From contig JBEIPA010000001.1 of assembly GCA_040377305.1 (NCBI GenBank), positions 96,001 through 160,000 of the forward strand: a DNA stretch of 64,000 nt, in the 5' to 3' direction. A program made the translations under genes and the position numbers. Below, one piece after another: positions 8,275 to 18,070 of this stretch. Numbering within the stretch: the first letter of the stretch is position 1; each line of letters begins with the position of its first letter. A model generated the notes under the pieces. That model was not told the origin of the DNA. It saw only the letters and a list, made by a program, of their open reading frames with translations, and did not search any database. The DNA comes from Flavobacteriales bacterium. Its GTDB lineage: Bacteria; Bacteroidota; Bacteroidia; Palsa-965.

Positions 8275-10656
8275 GTGAACGAGAATTACCTCAACGAATT
8301 AAATGACGCCCAGCGTGCGGCGGTAGAAGCGACTGAAGGCCCGGTTATGATTGTGGCCGGAGCGGGTTCAGGAAAAACGCGTGTGCTCACCTATCGCATT
8401 GCACATCTGATTAAGAAAGGTGTCGACCCGTTTAACATCCTTTCGTTGACTTTCACGAATAAAGCGGCGAGAGAAATGAAAGATCGAATCGGGAAGATCG
8501 TTTCGTTCAATGAGGCGAGAAACCTGAGCATGGGTACTTTCCACTCTGTGTTCGCGCGCATTTTACGAACTGAGGCTGAACGCTTAGGTTATCCAACCAA
8601 CTTTACGATATACGACACTGACGATTCCAAGAGTCTTATTAAGACAATTCTGAAAGAATTTAATCTTGACGAAAAAGTATACAAGCCTGCATTGGTTCTC
8701 GGTCGAATTTCATCTGCCAAAAACAATTTGATTGGTGCTGCACAGTACATGCAGAGTCCTGAGGCAATTTCGGAAGATCGTCAGAGTGGAAAACCAGAGC
8801 TAGGTAAGATTTACGATGCTTATCAGAAGCGATGTTTCAAAGCCGGGGCGATGGACTTCGATGATCTTTTGTTCAACATGAATATTCTGTTGCGCGACCA
8901 CCCGAAACGTCTGGATTTTTATCAGGATAAATTTCGATACATCTTGGTTGACGAGTATCAGGATACAAACTTTTCGCAGTATGTTATTGTAAAACAACTG
9001 GCTGCGCGCTTTCAGAACATTTGCGTAGTGGGAGACGATGCACAATCAATTTATGGATTTCGCGGCGCTAACATTCAGAATATCCTCAGTTTCGAAAGAG
9101 ATTATCCTGATCTGAAAACTTATAAGCTCGAACAGAATTACAGGAGCACTAAACACATTGTGAATGCTGCGAATTCTGTCATCGCGCAAAACAAAGAACA
9201 AATTCAAAAAGTTGTTTGGACTGCGAATGAAGAAGGTCATCGCATTAAGGTGATTTCTGCAACTTCTTCTCATCCTTCCATTCCCGCAGATAGTGTTGAG
9301 GCTAGTGAAGTTGCACGAGCAATTCTTGACATTCAAGCCAACCATCAAGCGAAGTATTCAAGCTTTGCAATCCTTTATCGTGCTAACTCGTTGAGTCGTG
9401 CAATGGAGGAGGCACTAAGAAAGAAGAACATTCCGTATAGAATTTATGGTGGACTTTCATTCTACCAACGTAAATCGGTTAAGGATCTGCTCGCCTATTT
9501 TCGACTGGCCTTGAATCCTCATGATGAAGAAGCATTTCGTCGCGTGATCAATTACCCGGCGCGTGGTATTGGAGATACAACTCTTGATAAGATTACTATT
9601 GCCTCACGTGACAATGATGTGAGCATGTGGACTGTTTGCGAGAACCTCGGTGATTTCAAACTTACTATCAGTTCAGGAACCGCTGTAAAGATCAGTGAGT
9701 TTGTGACAATGGTTCAGGGATTTCAGGTTCGCGTTTCAGGAGAATCGGCATACACATTGGGCAAACACGTAGCTACTACATCGGGTATGTTACGTGATTT
9801 GTATAATGATAAAACTCCGGAAGGTGTTTCTCATTATGAAAACGTGGAAGAATTGCTTAACGGATTGAAAGAATTTTCTGACGGTGATGGTGCGCAGGCG
9901 ATCGAACTTTTTGAGAACGATCCGGATCTCGCTCGTCTGGAAGCGAAAGAACAGTCGGGGGAAAGTGATGCCGATTTAGGCCCGCTGCGTACACTCGATC
10001 AGTACATGCAGGATATTGCGCTTCTTACGGATGCCGATAAAAAGGAAACGGAAGAAGACAAAAACAAAGTTGCGTTGATGACCATTCACGCGTCAAAAGG
10101 TTTGGAATTCCCTTATGTGTTTGTCGTTGGACTCGAAGAGAACTTATTTCCATCGGCACTTTCAATTAATTCACGTCCTGAATTAGAAGAAGAACGCAGA
10201 TTATTCTATGTAGCGTTAACGCGTGCGGAAAAGCAATGTACACTTTCGTGGGCAAAAACACGATACAAGTGGGGCAATCTGATCAGCAATGAACGTAGCA
10301 GATTCCTTGATGAAATTGACGAGCAGTATCTTGAACTTTCGGAAAATAAAATCGAACGCAAAGCAACATTCTCTGAACATCGTGCGAATGAAAATGGCGG
10401 ACAAGGTTCCGGTGGAGGGTTGATCAAAAAGAAGACACTTATTCGAGCAACTGCCATTAATTCTGCGCCTGCAGCGATAGATAATTCGCACCTGAAGAGT
10501 TTACAGATTGGGCAACGTGTCAGACATGAAAGGTTTGGTGATGGTATGGTACAGGAGTTGGAGGGAGCCTTTCCAAATGTAAAAGCGACAGTTGTTTTTG
10601 ATGGAGTTGGACAGAAGCAGTTGTTGTTGAAATTTGCGAAACTTCAGCTTCTTTAA
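8275..10656 (+). CDS. pcrA: ATP-dependent DNA helicase PcrA/UvrD
   Basis: AGAGSGKT, LTFTNKAA, VDEYQDTN, VVGDDAQSIYGFRGA, LEQNYRS, MTIHASKGLEF, EEERRLFYVALTRA and a C-terminal Tudor-like VRHERFG. GTG start at 8275 downstream of TAAATTTG (8225-8232). Confidence 0.95.
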   Translation: MNENYLNELNDAQRAAVEATEGPVMIVAGAGSGKTRVLTYRIAHLIKKGVDPFNILSLTFTNKAAREMKDRIGKIVSFNEARNLSMGTFHSVFARILRTEAERLGYPTNFTIYDTDDSKSLIKTILKEFNLDEKVYKPALVLGRISSAKNNLIGAAQYMQSPEAISEDRQSGKPELGKIYDAYQKRCFKAGAMDFDDLLFNMNILLRDHPKRLDFYQDKFRYILVDEYQDTNFSQYVIVKQLAARFQNICVVGDDAQSIYGFRGANIQNILSFERDYPDLKTYKLEQNYRSTKHIVNAANSVIAQNKEQIQKVVWTANEEGHRIKVISATSSHPSIPADSVEASEVARAILDIQANHQAKYSSFAILYRANSLSRAMEEALRKKNIPYRIYGGLSFYQRKSVKDLLAYFRLALNPHDEEAFRRVINYPARGIGDTTLDKITIASRDNDVSMWTVCENLGDFKLTISSGTAVKISEFVTMVQGFQVRVSGESAYTLGKHVATTSGMLRDLYNDKTPEGVSHYENVEELLNGLKEFSDGDGAQAIELFENDPDLARLEAKEQSGESDADLGPLRTLDQYMQDIALLTDADKKETEEDKNKVALMTIHASKGLEFPYVFVVGLEENLFPSALSINSRPELEEERRLFYVALTRAEKQCTLSWAKTRYKWGNLISNERSRFLDEIDEQYLELSENKIERKATFSEHRANENGGQGSGGGLIKKKTLIRATAINSAPAAIDNSHLKSLQIGQRVRHERFGDGMVQELEGAFPNVKATVVFDGVGQKQLLLKFAKLQLL

Positions 10657-10801
10657 GCCATGACCGTTTCTGCCCCCAAAGGGTCAATTTCGGATCACGC
10701 AACGGGTTGATTTTTAGTCACTCCACGATCTTGATCCCGAAATGCGAAGTAAAACAAAGCCCAGACACTTTATGCCTGGACCTCACTAAATCCATTCTTA
10801 C

Positions 10802-11440
10802 TTACATCGAAGCTAGCTTATCAAGATCAATTGATTTAGCAACCGACTTCACCCATTCCGTGTCCTTTTGATTATCCGCCTCAACCTGAACCCAGAAGCG
10901 ATATCCAACACCTAGCGTAATCACAGCATCACCACTCTTTTTCTTAAACTGTTCCCATCCCGCAACCTTATCATCAATTTTAACACCTTGAGACTTCTCT
11001 TCCGGAGTGTCAACACTAAACGCCCACATTGCAGTGAGCCCTGAATACATTGCATACGCCTGATTATAGTCCACGATCGTTACTTTAACTCGTTCCCCTT
11101 TATCATTTGTATAATCGGCGTTAGCCGTAGAATAACTTGAACCCGGCATATTGATCGAAGCTCCATCAGGTTCGCCCTTTTTGTAACCATCAATATCCTC
11201 AGGTAAATATTTCATAAGATCTTCGTAAGGCATCGCGAGTGTATCGCCCTTTGCTTTCCGTTCAGCAATTTTCTTTTCAGCATCGCCTTGCGCTTGTTGA
11301 CTTTCCTCCGCGTAATTCTCTAACGCTTCGAGCGGATTATTTGCCTTTTCTTCTTCTTTTACTTCATCAGCCTTTCCGCCACATGCGACGAAAAACATTG
11401 AAAGTGAAAGTGGGAGGGTAATTAAGAGGTGTTTTTTCAT
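10802..11440 (-). CDS. Hypothetical lipoprotein
   Basis: Lipobox FFVAC; 212 aa; no family recognised. Confidence 0.75.
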   Translation of the reverse strand: MKKHLLITLPLSLSMFFVACGGKADEVKEEEKANNPLEALENYAEESQQAQGDAEKKIAERKAKGDTLAMPYEDLMKYLPEDIDGYKKGEPDGASINMPGSSYSTANADYTNDKGERVKVTIVDYNQAYAMYSGLTAMWAFSVDTPEEKSQGVKIDDKVAGWEQFKKKSGDAVITLGVGYRFWVQVEADNQKDTEWVKSVAKSIDLDKLASM

Positions 11441-11578
11441 GAGATTTTGTTTTTGCTAAGCTACATTGAATCTGAATATCATCAAATCACTAAGCCCCCC
11501 AAAGGGTCACAACTTAAGCTCGTAAATGACTAAATATCAGCGCACCGTGCATCTTTTGCAGCCATTATTTATCCGACA

Positions 11579-11660
11579 ACAAATACTTACAAACGTTTAC
11601 AAACGACTACAAACACTTACAAACGACTACAAACACTTACAAACGACTATAAACGTTTGT
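11579..11660 (+). repeat. 10-bp tandem repeat array (8 units, consensus AAACRHYTAC) upstream of the RAYT-like gene
   Basis: aaatacttac aaacgtttac aaacgactac aaacacttac aaacgactac aaacacttac aaacgactat aaacgtttgt read directly from 11581-11660. Confidence 0.9.
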
Positions 11661-11699
11661 TACCCGACTAATTCCAAACGCGTACTCCACTTTCGCACC

Positions 11700-12374
11700 A
11701 TGGAAATACGTGAACCACTCAAAGCCGGATGTATCTATCACATCAGCACCAAATCAAATGGGAACGATGATCTTTTTCGCGATGCGCGAGACTACTTCTA
11801 CTTTCAACGCAAAATGGATATACGTTTAACAGCGGCCTGGGAAATTATTGCATACACATTGGTGCCGAATGAAATTCACTTTGTTGTGAAGATTCTCAAG
11901 AAGAAGATAGATGGTGAAGTAGTTGACCACTCAACGCTCCTGAGTCACCTCCTAAACGGATATGTTCAGCATTACAACTACAGATACAACAGAAGCGGGA
12001 ACCTTTTAAGCAGGAGCTTTCGTCGCAAGTCAATTAAGGATGATGTGGAACTTCAACAAACGATAAGTAAAGTCCACAACCTTGCGGTGGCGAAAAAACT
12101 TGTCCATAGTAGAAGAGAATGGATTTACTCATCTTACCGAAAATTCACTGACACCAGGTTCGGTATCAAACATCTGATTCAGTTAACCTCAATATTTCAA
12201 GATATGATCACCTTCGAACGTCTTCATGACGCTTGTGAATTCTGCCTTGATCAAATAATGCCGAAACGAAAGTGGATCAAATTGCTTACCGCTCAAGAGA
12301 TTGCGTTCCGAATAAGGCACCCTTTGGGGGTTCATCGATGGGCGAGAAGAAAATATGAAGACGCCCCCTCATGA
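11700..12374 (+). CDS. RAYT / Y1 HUH transposase-like protein with substituted catalytic residues
   Basis: YHI..KSN..DDLF, IIAYTLVPNEIH (canonical AYCLMPNHFH), YNYRYNRSGNLL, SKVHN (canonical YIHxNP) and WIYSSY. ATG at 11700; the ORF-track N-terminal extension is translated repeat DNA. Confidence 0.8.
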   Translation: MEIREPLKAGCIYHISTKSNGNDDLFRDARDYFYFQRKMDIRLTAAWEIIAYTLVPNEIHFVVKILKKKIDGEVVDHSTLLSHLLNGYVQHYNYRYNRSGNLLSRSFRRKSIKDDVELQQTISKVHNLAVAKKLVHSRREWIYSSYRKFTDTRFGIKHLIQLTSIFQDMITFERLHDACEFCLDQIMPKRKWIKLLTAQEIAFRIRHPLGVHRWARRKYEDAPS

Positions 12375-12375
12375 A

Positions 12376-12400
12376 AAAGCCGCACTCATCGTGCGGCTTT
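12376..12400. terminator. Bidirectional intrinsic terminator
   Basis: AAAGCCGCAC-tcatc-GTGCGGCTTT between convergent genes. Confidence 0.75.
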
Positions 12401-12410
12401 CAATTCCTTC

Positions 12411-14255
12411 CTAATGTTCTCTCTTCTCCGGCAACGTGTACTTTCGCCCCTCATTCACCTTCTTCAAATAGATCATCAACGGTGCAAAATACTCAAGCAT
12501 TGGTGCTGCAGTTAAGTCCTGACCAGTTTTCTCTTTCAACAAAACCCGCCAATCACCTACTCCGCCTACGCTCATCATGCTACCAATAAATTTCCCGATT
12601 TCTTTATTGCCGTAGTAGTTTGTGAAACGCGGGTCTTGTTTCAAAATATCAGAAGCAATGTGATGGTGAAACTGGAACATCAACACAGATGAAAGTGCAT
12701 AGTCATAATACTGCGCAGGATCATCCATGATGTGCGTCTTTGTAGCAGCGTCACAATATTCTTCGCCGCGATCCATTGGTGGAACGATTCCTTGCTCACG
12801 CTTTACGATTTCCCACCAGCGCTTGTTGAATTCATTTGCGGGAAGTTCTTTAGCATACAATTCGTACTCGAACTCACTCATGGTACCGGCTTGCCAGTTG
12901 AGCGCCACGATGTACCGCAATGCTTCTTTCAGGAGTTGCTGTGTTGTGTCAATTTGTGTTGATGCATCGACAAGACCTAATCCCTCGAGGAAAGGTTTCT
13001 GCATTGCGGCCATACCGAACATAGTTCCAAGTGCTTCGTGATAAGCGCGATTAGCACCTTCACGCAGTATGAACGGCACACTATCGCTGCTGTATTGCAT
13101 GTAGTAATAAATGTGACCAAGTTCGTGGTGAGTCGTTTCGTACCAGCGTGAGTTTGGTAAAACGCTCATGAGTGAACGTACATCGTTATCAAGATCCATA
13201 TGCCATGCAGATGCGTGGTTGTTCTTCTTAAAGCCGGCGTTCGGACCAACAGGATACAACGATGATTTATCGTAGAATGTTTGCGGCAACGGATCGAAGC
13301 CCATGCTCACGTAGAAGCTCTCTGCTTGTTTGATGATCCAGAGTGAATCATATTTCTTCTCTTCAATAATTTTGTCGAGATCAAATCCTTCAACGCTAAC
13401 CATTTCACTCCAATCCTGTCCCCACTGATTCGGAAGCCAGTGCGCAGGAATGTAATCAGGAACGTCTTTCACCATGTACTTCTTCGCGAGTTCATAACGC
13501 GCCCATGTGTGAAGCTCACGGTACAACGGATAAATCTCATCGTTAATGCCACGTAGTGTGGTCATCATTTCATCAGCAGTCATTCCGTAATCGGCAACCT
13601 GGTAGCTGAAGTAATCATGAAAATCCAAACCTTGCACTGTACGGTTACGCAGCATCCGAAGATTCTCCAATGGCTCATGCAGATTCTGACCTACGCTCTT
13701 CGCGCAAACCCATGCATCGAGACGCTTCTGTTCGTTGTTCTCTGTATTCAGAACTTGATCAATATCATTCTTAGTAACTTCCTTTCCATTGAGCATGTAC
13801 TTGAATCCGTACATTTTTTCACTCGCTTCCGTTTCTGCCTTGATCTTCTCCTTCACAATTTCCTCTTCCGTCATCGGATTTGCTCCTGCGAAATAAAGTA
13901 TGTGCTCAAGTTGCTCGACTTGTAACGCCGAAAGCTGATCCTTCTTCGCAAGAAACTCTTTCGTCAGTTCAATATTCGCTTTGCTTCCTGTATAATCTGC
14001 AAGAGCTGTTGCAGCGACTTGCGCATTATAAGATGCCACCGTATCGCCTTCAACAATGTGAGTGAGCAATTGCCATTGCGCTTCATTGGTCGCGATGGAA
14101 AGCTCCTTATACTTTACGTTGTAATCCAACAAGAAGGAATCTACACGGGAGCCGATATTGGCATCTGAGTCTTTAACCTCAGTGGGCCCGCAATTGAACA
14201 GGAAAAATGCAGAAGCAATCGTAAGCCCCGCGAGAATAATTGGTGTCTTCTTCAT
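12411..14255 (-). CDS. M2 family metallopeptidase (ACE-like peptidyl-dipeptidase), lipoprotein
   Basis: IPAHWLPNQWGQDW, HHELGH, REGANRAYHEALG and DAATKTHI. Start MKKTPIIL..FNC at 14255 with TACATTTG promoter element at 14273-14280. Confidence 0.92.
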   Translation of the reverse strand: MKKTPIILAGLTIASAFFLFNCGPTEVKDSDANIGSRVDSFLLDYNVKYKELSIATNEAQWQLLTHIVEGDTVASYNAQVAATALADYTGSKANIELTKEFLAKKDQLSALQVEQLEHILYFAGANPMTEEEIVKEKIKAETEASEKMYGFKYMLNGKEVTKNDIDQVLNTENNEQKRLDAWVCAKSVGQNLHEPLENLRMLRNRTVQGLDFHDYFSYQVADYGMTADEMMTTLRGINDEIYPLYRELHTWARYELAKKYMVKDVPDYIPAHWLPNQWGQDWSEMVSVEGFDLDKIIEEKKYDSLWIIKQAESFYVSMGFDPLPQTFYDKSSLYPVGPNAGFKKNNHASAWHMDLDNDVRSLMSVLPNSRWYETTHHELGHIYYYMQYSSDSVPFILREGANRAYHEALGTMFGMAAMQKPFLEGLGLVDASTQIDTTQQLLKEALRYIVALNWQAGTMSEFEYELYAKELPANEFNKRWWEIVKREQGIVPPMDRGEEYCDAATKTHIMDDPAQYYDYALSSVLMFQFHHHIASDILKQDPRFTNYYGNKEIGKFIGSMMSVGGVGDWRVLLKEKTGQDLTAAPMLEYFAPLMIYLKKVNEGRKYTLPEKREH

Positions 14256-14366
14256 AGCTAAAAAATGAAGGTCAAATGTATCGAAGAATCCTGAAGAAAT
14301 GCACGAATTCTGCACTTGAATGATGAGCTGAAAATGAGCAGGATGTGCGGTAAATACTAGGTGCGA

Positions 14367-16337
14367 CTACTGTCCGCCGCGCTTGTAGTACTCTTTTGCG
14401 GCATTAGCAGCGCCCACCGAATCGCCCATCGCCTGATAGTTCGTGTACAGCATTTTCCACGGAGTCAGATCACTAGGATTCAATCGTGCTAAATGCTCAA
14501 ATGCCTCGTTCGACTTTGCATAATCACCACTCATTCCTGCGAGATTTCCGAGTTTGTTCCAGGCCTCTATTGATGTCGAATCAACTTGTCCGGCGAATTC
14601 ATAAGCGCGGATAGCATCTGCTGTGTCCTTTGCCCCGAATCGCGAATTCCCAAACTTGATGAGAATAGGTGCTGTTGTATCCGTTGCTTTCATTAGCTCC
14701 CGGTAATAAAAACCCGCACTGTCGTATTGTAAAGTCATCATGTACGCATCACCTATATTCTCATGTGATCCGGTGTATCCAGGGAATATCTGAATCGTGC
14801 GTAACGACCATTTTACCGACTCCCTATAATTCTTGCGACGATACTCAACGACACCAAGATTCACACACGACTGAATATCCATGGAATCAATCGCAAACGC
14901 GGTTGTGAATTCCGCATACGCCATGTTCAGCAGTTGGTTCCTGTTTACCTCAACCGTTTCGCTTTGTGCATTACCCATAAGCAAAACACCATAATTATAA
15001 TGGACACGGGCACTATTGGGAGCATGGTCAACATCGATTGTGAACAGTACAGATTCATACGCCCATGCACGACTTCTGTTCAATGTTAATCCGGTCCAAA
15101 TGAGAATCAATATTGCCGAAGCAGAAATTGCCTTAAGGTGAAATCCGGAAACGTCAAGACCCTTTGTCAATTTTAGTATCAGCCATGCGACGAAAATTGC
15201 AAAGCCGAGTGAAGGAACGAATGCAAGCCGATCACCCATTGTTTCTCCGATGATGAAAAATATATTGGAGGTGAGTGCAAATGCAATGAGGTAAAACAAA
15301 ATTCCGAATGACGGTACCGGATTCCTTCTGAAATTAAGAATCGCCCATGCCAATCCACCACCAAGCAATAGCAGTGCAACGATCGCCCACGCATCCGCAA
15401 AACCATTCACCGGAATTTCGTTGAACGAATAATTATAGCTCAGCGGATAGCCGATGATCATCTTCGCTATGTAACGACCCTGAATTCCAATCGCCGTACC
15501 TACTTGAGTCAACCACCCATCTGCCGCCAGCAAGGCATTGTGATGATAATCATAAGTGACTTTACTTGAAGGTGCACTTAGAATTACGGCACGATGATAT
15601 GCAAACCAGATCAAGCTTACGCCGAGCAGAATCGCGCCGGGTTTGATCAATTCCTTCACCGTCATTCCGCGAAATTGCATCAGCATCAGAAGCGCAATCG
15701 GCAACATTAGCGCAGCGCCTTCCTTCGATAACAAAGCGAGAAAGAAAAATAGTGCGGAAAAATAAAGTGACGATGTAGTGTTCTTATCCTTCCATTTCAA
15801 CAAAGCCCGAAATCCTAACACCGAAAACAACAACGACAAAATCTCGTCGGCACTCTTCAGGTTCGCTCCTACTTCTGTATGAACTGGCATCACCATCCAA
15901 ATTAACGTTGCAAGGAAAGCCAGCGTAACAGAATAGTCCTTGAACAGTTCGCGCAGGAAACGATACAACTGAACACACAAAAGGGAAAGAAGCACAACAT
16001 GTACAAAGTGATAGAATCCTGGACTGTCGGGCCTAATTTGCCACTCCGTTGCAAAGAGCAAAAGTGAAACCGGGCGAAACAATCCGGCATTGTCATCCCA
16101 GAATCCATCCCAATAAAATGTGGTGAGGATTTTACCGAATCCGCTAAATCCTTCTTTCACAAATTCGTTTGCAAACAACACCGCTCGGTCATCCAACGCA
16201 TAATCGAATCCAACAGTTTGGATGTACAATAGAAACGCAAAAGCCCCGAGCAGATAACCGATCTTGCGATCGTCAGCCCAGAAATTTTTCTTCAATGTCG
16301 TAATCGGTCTATCAGCCTTGGCTTTCGCTTTCGCCAT
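14367..16337 (-). CDS. TMTC-like (GT-C, DUF1736-type) membrane glycosyltransferase with C-terminal TPRs
   Basis: YALDD acidic loop, FRPVSLL, PVHTEV, ALLSKEGA, GYPLSYNY and DRLAFVPS; about 11 TM segments followed by TPR repeats. Confidence 0.8.
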   Translation of the reverse strand: MAKAKAKADRPITTLKKNFWADDRKIGYLLGAFAFLLYIQTVGFDYALDDRAVLFANEFVKEGFSGFGKILTTFYWDGFWDDNAGLFRPVSLLLFATEWQIRPDSPGFYHFVHVVLLSLLCVQLYRFLRELFKDYSVTLAFLATLIWMVMPVHTEVGANLKSADEILSLLFSVLGFRALLKWKDKNTTSSLYFSALFFFLALLSKEGAALMLPIALLMLMQFRGMTVKELIKPGAILLGVSLIWFAYHRAVILSAPSSKVTYDYHHNALLAADGWLTQVGTAIGIQGRYIAKMIIGYPLSYNYSFNEIPVNGFADAWAIVALLLLGGGLAWAILNFRRNPVPSFGILFYLIAFALTSNIFFIIGETMGDRLAFVPSLGFAIFVAWLILKLTKGLDVSGFHLKAISASAILILIWTGLTLNRSRAWAYESVLFTIDVDHAPNSARVHYNYGVLLMGNAQSETVEVNRNQLLNMAYAEFTTAFAIDSMDIQSCVNLGVVEYRRKNYRESVKWSLRTIQIFPGYTGSHENIGDAYMMTLQYDSAGFYYRELMKATDTTAPILIKFGNSRFGAKDTADAIRAYEFAGQVDSTSIEAWNKLGNLAGMSGDYAKSNEAFEHLARLNPSDLTPWKMLYTNYQAMGDSVGAANAAKEYYKRGGQ

Positions 16338-16756
16338 GCGTAAATATAGTCAGAATGCTGATTTTGGCATATATCGCAACAGCTCAGCTCCAAGTAGTGA
16401 TCAACGCAAAAAATTCATGGCTTATTTATTAGATTCTGCGCTATTGCAACTCTTGAATTTCAAGTGCTAACCGTTTCGGAAACTAACTTTGGCGTGATGA
16501 AAAACTGCAACTCTATGAACACTTCGAATATAGTTCGTTGCCATTGCATTCGTAATACCATTTTCTGCATTACCACTTTCCCGCCGATTCAGTAGTCTGC
16601 GGATCGCATGGAAGCATCACGCTTCTAAATCTCCGAAAGAGTCCTTTGTACCAATTGATTAACGATTTCAACTAACTGATCCGTCTTGTACGAGCCTGTT
16701 CTTCCGCGTACACGTTATTGGAGGAACGATGTTCTACGGACACAAAACATATCCGC

Positions 16757-17965
16757 ATGCTAAACACAATTGTTCTCATCATACCCCTACTCCTGCTGAT
16801 TGTATTCATCGAATGGTACAGCAGTTATCGCCATGATCGCAAAACATACACCCATGGAAATTTTGCAATGAACATCACCATTGGTGCTATGGATCAGGTC
16901 GCGTCCTTATTCTATTTTACTTCTCTCTACTTCACATTAGAATTCATCTACTCGCATTTCAGAATGTGGGAATTGAATGATGTTTGGTACATCTGGATAG
17001 TCGCGTACATTGTAATTGACTTTCTCTCTTACTGGTATCACCGTCTTTCTCATCGCGTAAATATTCTTTGGGCCGGGCATGTTACACACCATTCGTCGGA
17101 GCATTTCAATTTCTCGAATGGATTCCGCACCTCCTTCTTTCAGGGAATCTATCGCATTCTGTTCTGGAGTGTTTTGCCGCTATTCGGATTTTCTCCTGTG
17201 ATGTTGATTATCATTCTGAAAGTTTCAGGGCTTTACGATTTTCTGTTACACACAGAGTACATACCAAAACTTGGCTTTCTTGAAAAGTTTTTGATCACAC
17301 CATCTCAGCATCGCGTCCACCACGGACGAAATGAAATTTACATTGATAAAAACTACGGATCAACACTCAACATCTGGGACAAAATGTTCGGCACTTTTCA
17401 GGAAGAAACGGAGAAAGTCGAATACGGAATCACAGGCGAATACAAAGACAACAATCCTTTCATGGCAATTGGGTACTATTATAATTACTTGTGGAAAGCT
17501 ATGAAGACGCAAAATACACTCTGGAATAAGATTCGTCTATTGTTCATTCCGCCCGATCAAACTCCACAGCCGGATTTGAACGTGAAACGACTATGGCCGG
17601 TAACTCCAGACTTGATCACACGACGACTGAAGAACTACGCGTACACCCAAATTCTTCTCACGGTTCCCGCACTGATTGTGATGTTGCTCTACAAAGACTT
17701 CATACCAATCTGGGAATTTGTTTTGTACGCTGCAATAGGCATCAGCTCAGTATCTGTAAGCGCTATGATTCTAAACGATAACGTTGGAAGCATTTTCCAC
17801 AAAGCAGAAATGTGGCGCTTGTGGATTTCACTTTTTTGTGTGATAATTCTCTTCGCGAAAAGCGAGCAATTCTATCTACTTGGCATTGCCTTTCTGTTAA
17901 TGATGTCGCTGGTTCTATTCACAACGATCAAACTCAGGAAAGATCTCGTTGAGAATCGCGGCTAA
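16757..17965 (+). CDS. Sterol desaturase / alkylglycerol monooxygenase-like fatty-acid hydroxylase
   Basis: His boxes YWYHRLSH, HVTHHS, LLHTE and HRVHHG, plus DKNYG; extra C-terminal TM region as in AGMO. Confidence 0.88.
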   Translation: MLNTIVLIIPLLLLIVFIEWYSSYRHDRKTYTHGNFAMNITIGAMDQVASLFYFTSLYFTLEFIYSHFRMWELNDVWYIWIVAYIVIDFLSYWYHRLSHRVNILWAGHVTHHSSEHFNFSNGFRTSFFQGIYRILFWSVLPLFGFSPVMLIIILKVSGLYDFLLHTEYIPKLGFLEKFLITPSQHRVHHGRNEIYIDKNYGSTLNIWDKMFGTFQEETEKVEYGITGEYKDNNPFMAIGYYYNYLWKAMKTQNTLWNKIRLLFIPPDQTPQPDLNVKRLWPVTPDLITRRLKNYAYTQILLTVPALIVMLLYKDFIPIWEFVLYAAIGISSVSVSAMILNDNVGSIFHKAEMWRLWISLFCVIILFAKSEQFYLLGIAFLLMMSLVLFTTIKLRKDLVENRG

Positions 17966-18007
17966 AAAAATAATCCCTCCTGTGGAATTCTTCGGACTAA
18001 TAACACG

Positions 18008-18040
18008 AAGACACCAAGAAGATTAACTCCTTGGTGTCTT
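18008..18040. repeat. Inverted repeat / possible terminator between convergent genes
   Basis: AAGACACCAAG (18008-18018) pairs with CTTGGTGTCTT (18030-18040). Confidence 0.55.
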
Positions 18041-18070
18041 GATGAACTTAGTGGTAAAAATAATCTCAGA

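Noticed and set aside
11579-11660. CRISPR array
   Set aside because: Units are 10 bp with no spacers and there are no cas genes.
11526-11699. N-terminal 58 aa of the ORF-track RAYT protein
   Set aside because: This is translation of the 10-bp tandem array; family similarity starts at the ATG at 11700.
16338-16756. Possible small gene or pseudogene in the 420-bp divergent intergenic region
   Set aside because: Only short ORFs without recognisable features; a TAACTTTG promoter element at 16484 is the only supportable signal.
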